DNA of 24,000 nucleotides from Cryptosporangium japonicum (GTDB taxonomy: Bacteria; Actinomycetota; Actinomycetes; Mycobacteriales; Cryptosporangiaceae), in NCBI RefSeq assembly GCF_039524755.1, contig NZ_BAAAGX010000007.1, positions 119,219-143,218 of the forward strand, given 5' to 3'. Numbering within the stretch: position 1 is the stretch's first letter; every line of letters starts with the position of its first letter. The notes under the pieces are model-generated. The model worked only from the letters and a program-made list of their open reading frames with translations. It ran no database searches and was not told the origin of the DNA. A program made the translations under genes and the position numbers. Below, piece after piece: positions 23,219 to 24,000 of this stretch.

Positions 23219-23970
23219 TTGCCGGTCCGCAGCTCGGCGGCGTACAGCAGCTTGCCCAGGCTCTTCTCGTAGCGCACCGGGTCGCGGGCCAGGCGCGCCC
23301 GCGACTCGACCGCGAGCGTGTCGGTGTCGCACGTCCACTCGCCGCGGGTCATCGCGGCCAGCCCGGTGCGGGCGATCTCCCGCGGGTTCTCCTTCGTGCC
23401 CTCCACGTGCGCGGCCATCCGCGTGTCGACCGATCCGACGATCAGCGACGTCACCGTGATGCCGTACCGCTCCAGCTCGGCCCGCGCGATGCCGCCGAGG
23501 TTGAGCGCGGCGGCCTTCGACGGTGAGTACCCGCCCATGAACGCGGTCGGGGCGATCGCCGCCACCGACAGCACGTTGACGAACGAGCCGTGCCCGGCCC
23601 GGGCCAGCACCGGCGCGAACGCCCTGGTCATCCGCAGCACGCCGAAGTAGTTGACCTCCATCTCGGCGCGGGCGGCGTCGAGGTCGCCGGCCTCGACGAG
23701 CCGGTTGCCGGTGAAGAGCCCGGCGTTGTTGACGACGATCGTCGCGTTCCCGCAGGTCCGCGCGGCGGCCTCCACGTCGGCGTCCGAGGTCACGTCGAGC
23801 CGGACCGGCGTGGTGCCCTCCGGGGCGGTGGCGGGATCGCGGACGCCCGCGTAGACCGTGGCCGCGCCCTGGGCCAGCGCCTCCTGCACGAACGCGAGCC
23901 CGATCCCCCGGTTCGCGCCGGTGACGACGACGTTCGCGCCGGCGACCGGGACCCCACGAAGAACGCTCAT
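23215..23970 (-). CDS. SDR-family oxidoreductase
   Basis: Contains VVVTGANRGIGLA, NNAG and S...YSPSKAA (YxxxK). The protein is 251 aa. Confidence 0.85.
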   Translation of the reverse strand: MSVLRGVPVAGANVVVTGANRGIGLAFVQEALAQGAATVYAGVRDPATAPEGTTPVRLDVTSDADVEAAARTCGNATIVVNNAGLFTGNRLVEAGDLDAARAEMEVNYFGVLRMTRAFAPVLARAGHGSFVNVLSVAAIAPTAFMGGYSPSKAAALNLGGIARAELERYGITVTSLIVGSVDTRMAAHVEGTKENPREIARTGLAAMTRGEWTCDTDTLAVESRARLARDPVRYEKSLGKLLYAAELRTGK

Positions 23971-24000
23971 GCCCGGCTCCCCTGGTACAGCACGTCGGTC
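23967..24000 (-). CDS. 3-prime end of an unidentified upstream gene (only 10 codons in the window)
   Basis: The minus-strand reading ...TDVLYQGSRA* has its TGA overlapping the SDR ATG (ATGA at 23967-23970). This matches the coupling pattern of the rest of the operon, but it is too short to identify. Confidence 0.3.
   Translation of the reverse strand, partial: TDVLYQGSRA

Overview
This is a high-GC actinobacterial chromosomal segment that is almost entirely coding, with about 27 protein genes, many joined by 4-nt ATGA/GTGA start-stop overlaps. I saw no rRNA, tRNA, CRISPR array, transposase or integrase. From left to right the window holds five blocks. (1) Housekeeping-type genes: a partial glutathione peroxidase, a DUF574 SAM-methyltransferase, DUF427 and DUF72. 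(2) A divergent pair of tightly coupled operons, 2739-6482 on the minus strand and 6592-12529 on the plus strand. Together they combine a carotenoid-cleavage-type oxygenase with two thiolases, an MFE-2-like SDR, a DUF1295 membrane protein, thioesterase II, an acyl-CoA ligase, a VOC protein and an internally duplicated HxlR regulator. This looks like an uncharacterised cleavage plus CoA-dependent chain-shortening pathway. (3) A tyrosine phosphatase interrupted by a 1-nt frameshift in its catalytic loop, a DedA membrane protein, and a divergent NmrA/TetR pair with a perfect 21-bp palindrome between them. (4) A complete glycopeptide-resistance cassette, vanR-vanS on the plus strand converging on vanH-vanA-vanX on the minus strand. 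(5) A translationally coupled minus-strand operon (SDR, DapB-like dehydrogenase, acyl-CoA ligase, CMD protein) that ends 73 bp upstream of vanH. The best hunting results are as follows. An identical GATAC-N6-GATAGG box lies upstream of both vanR and vanH and is a candidate VanR box. The vanR copy is arranged as for a leaderless mRNA. The HxlR regulator has two domains, each followed by the same H-x2-C-x9-C-x2-C motif. The FadA-like thiolase lacks two of the four canonical catalytic residues. An intergenic array of five and a half copies of a 17-20 bp tandem repeat sits between tesB and DUF72. All functional calls rest on motif recognition by eye, because no database search could be run. I did not find a clearly novel defence or toxin system.
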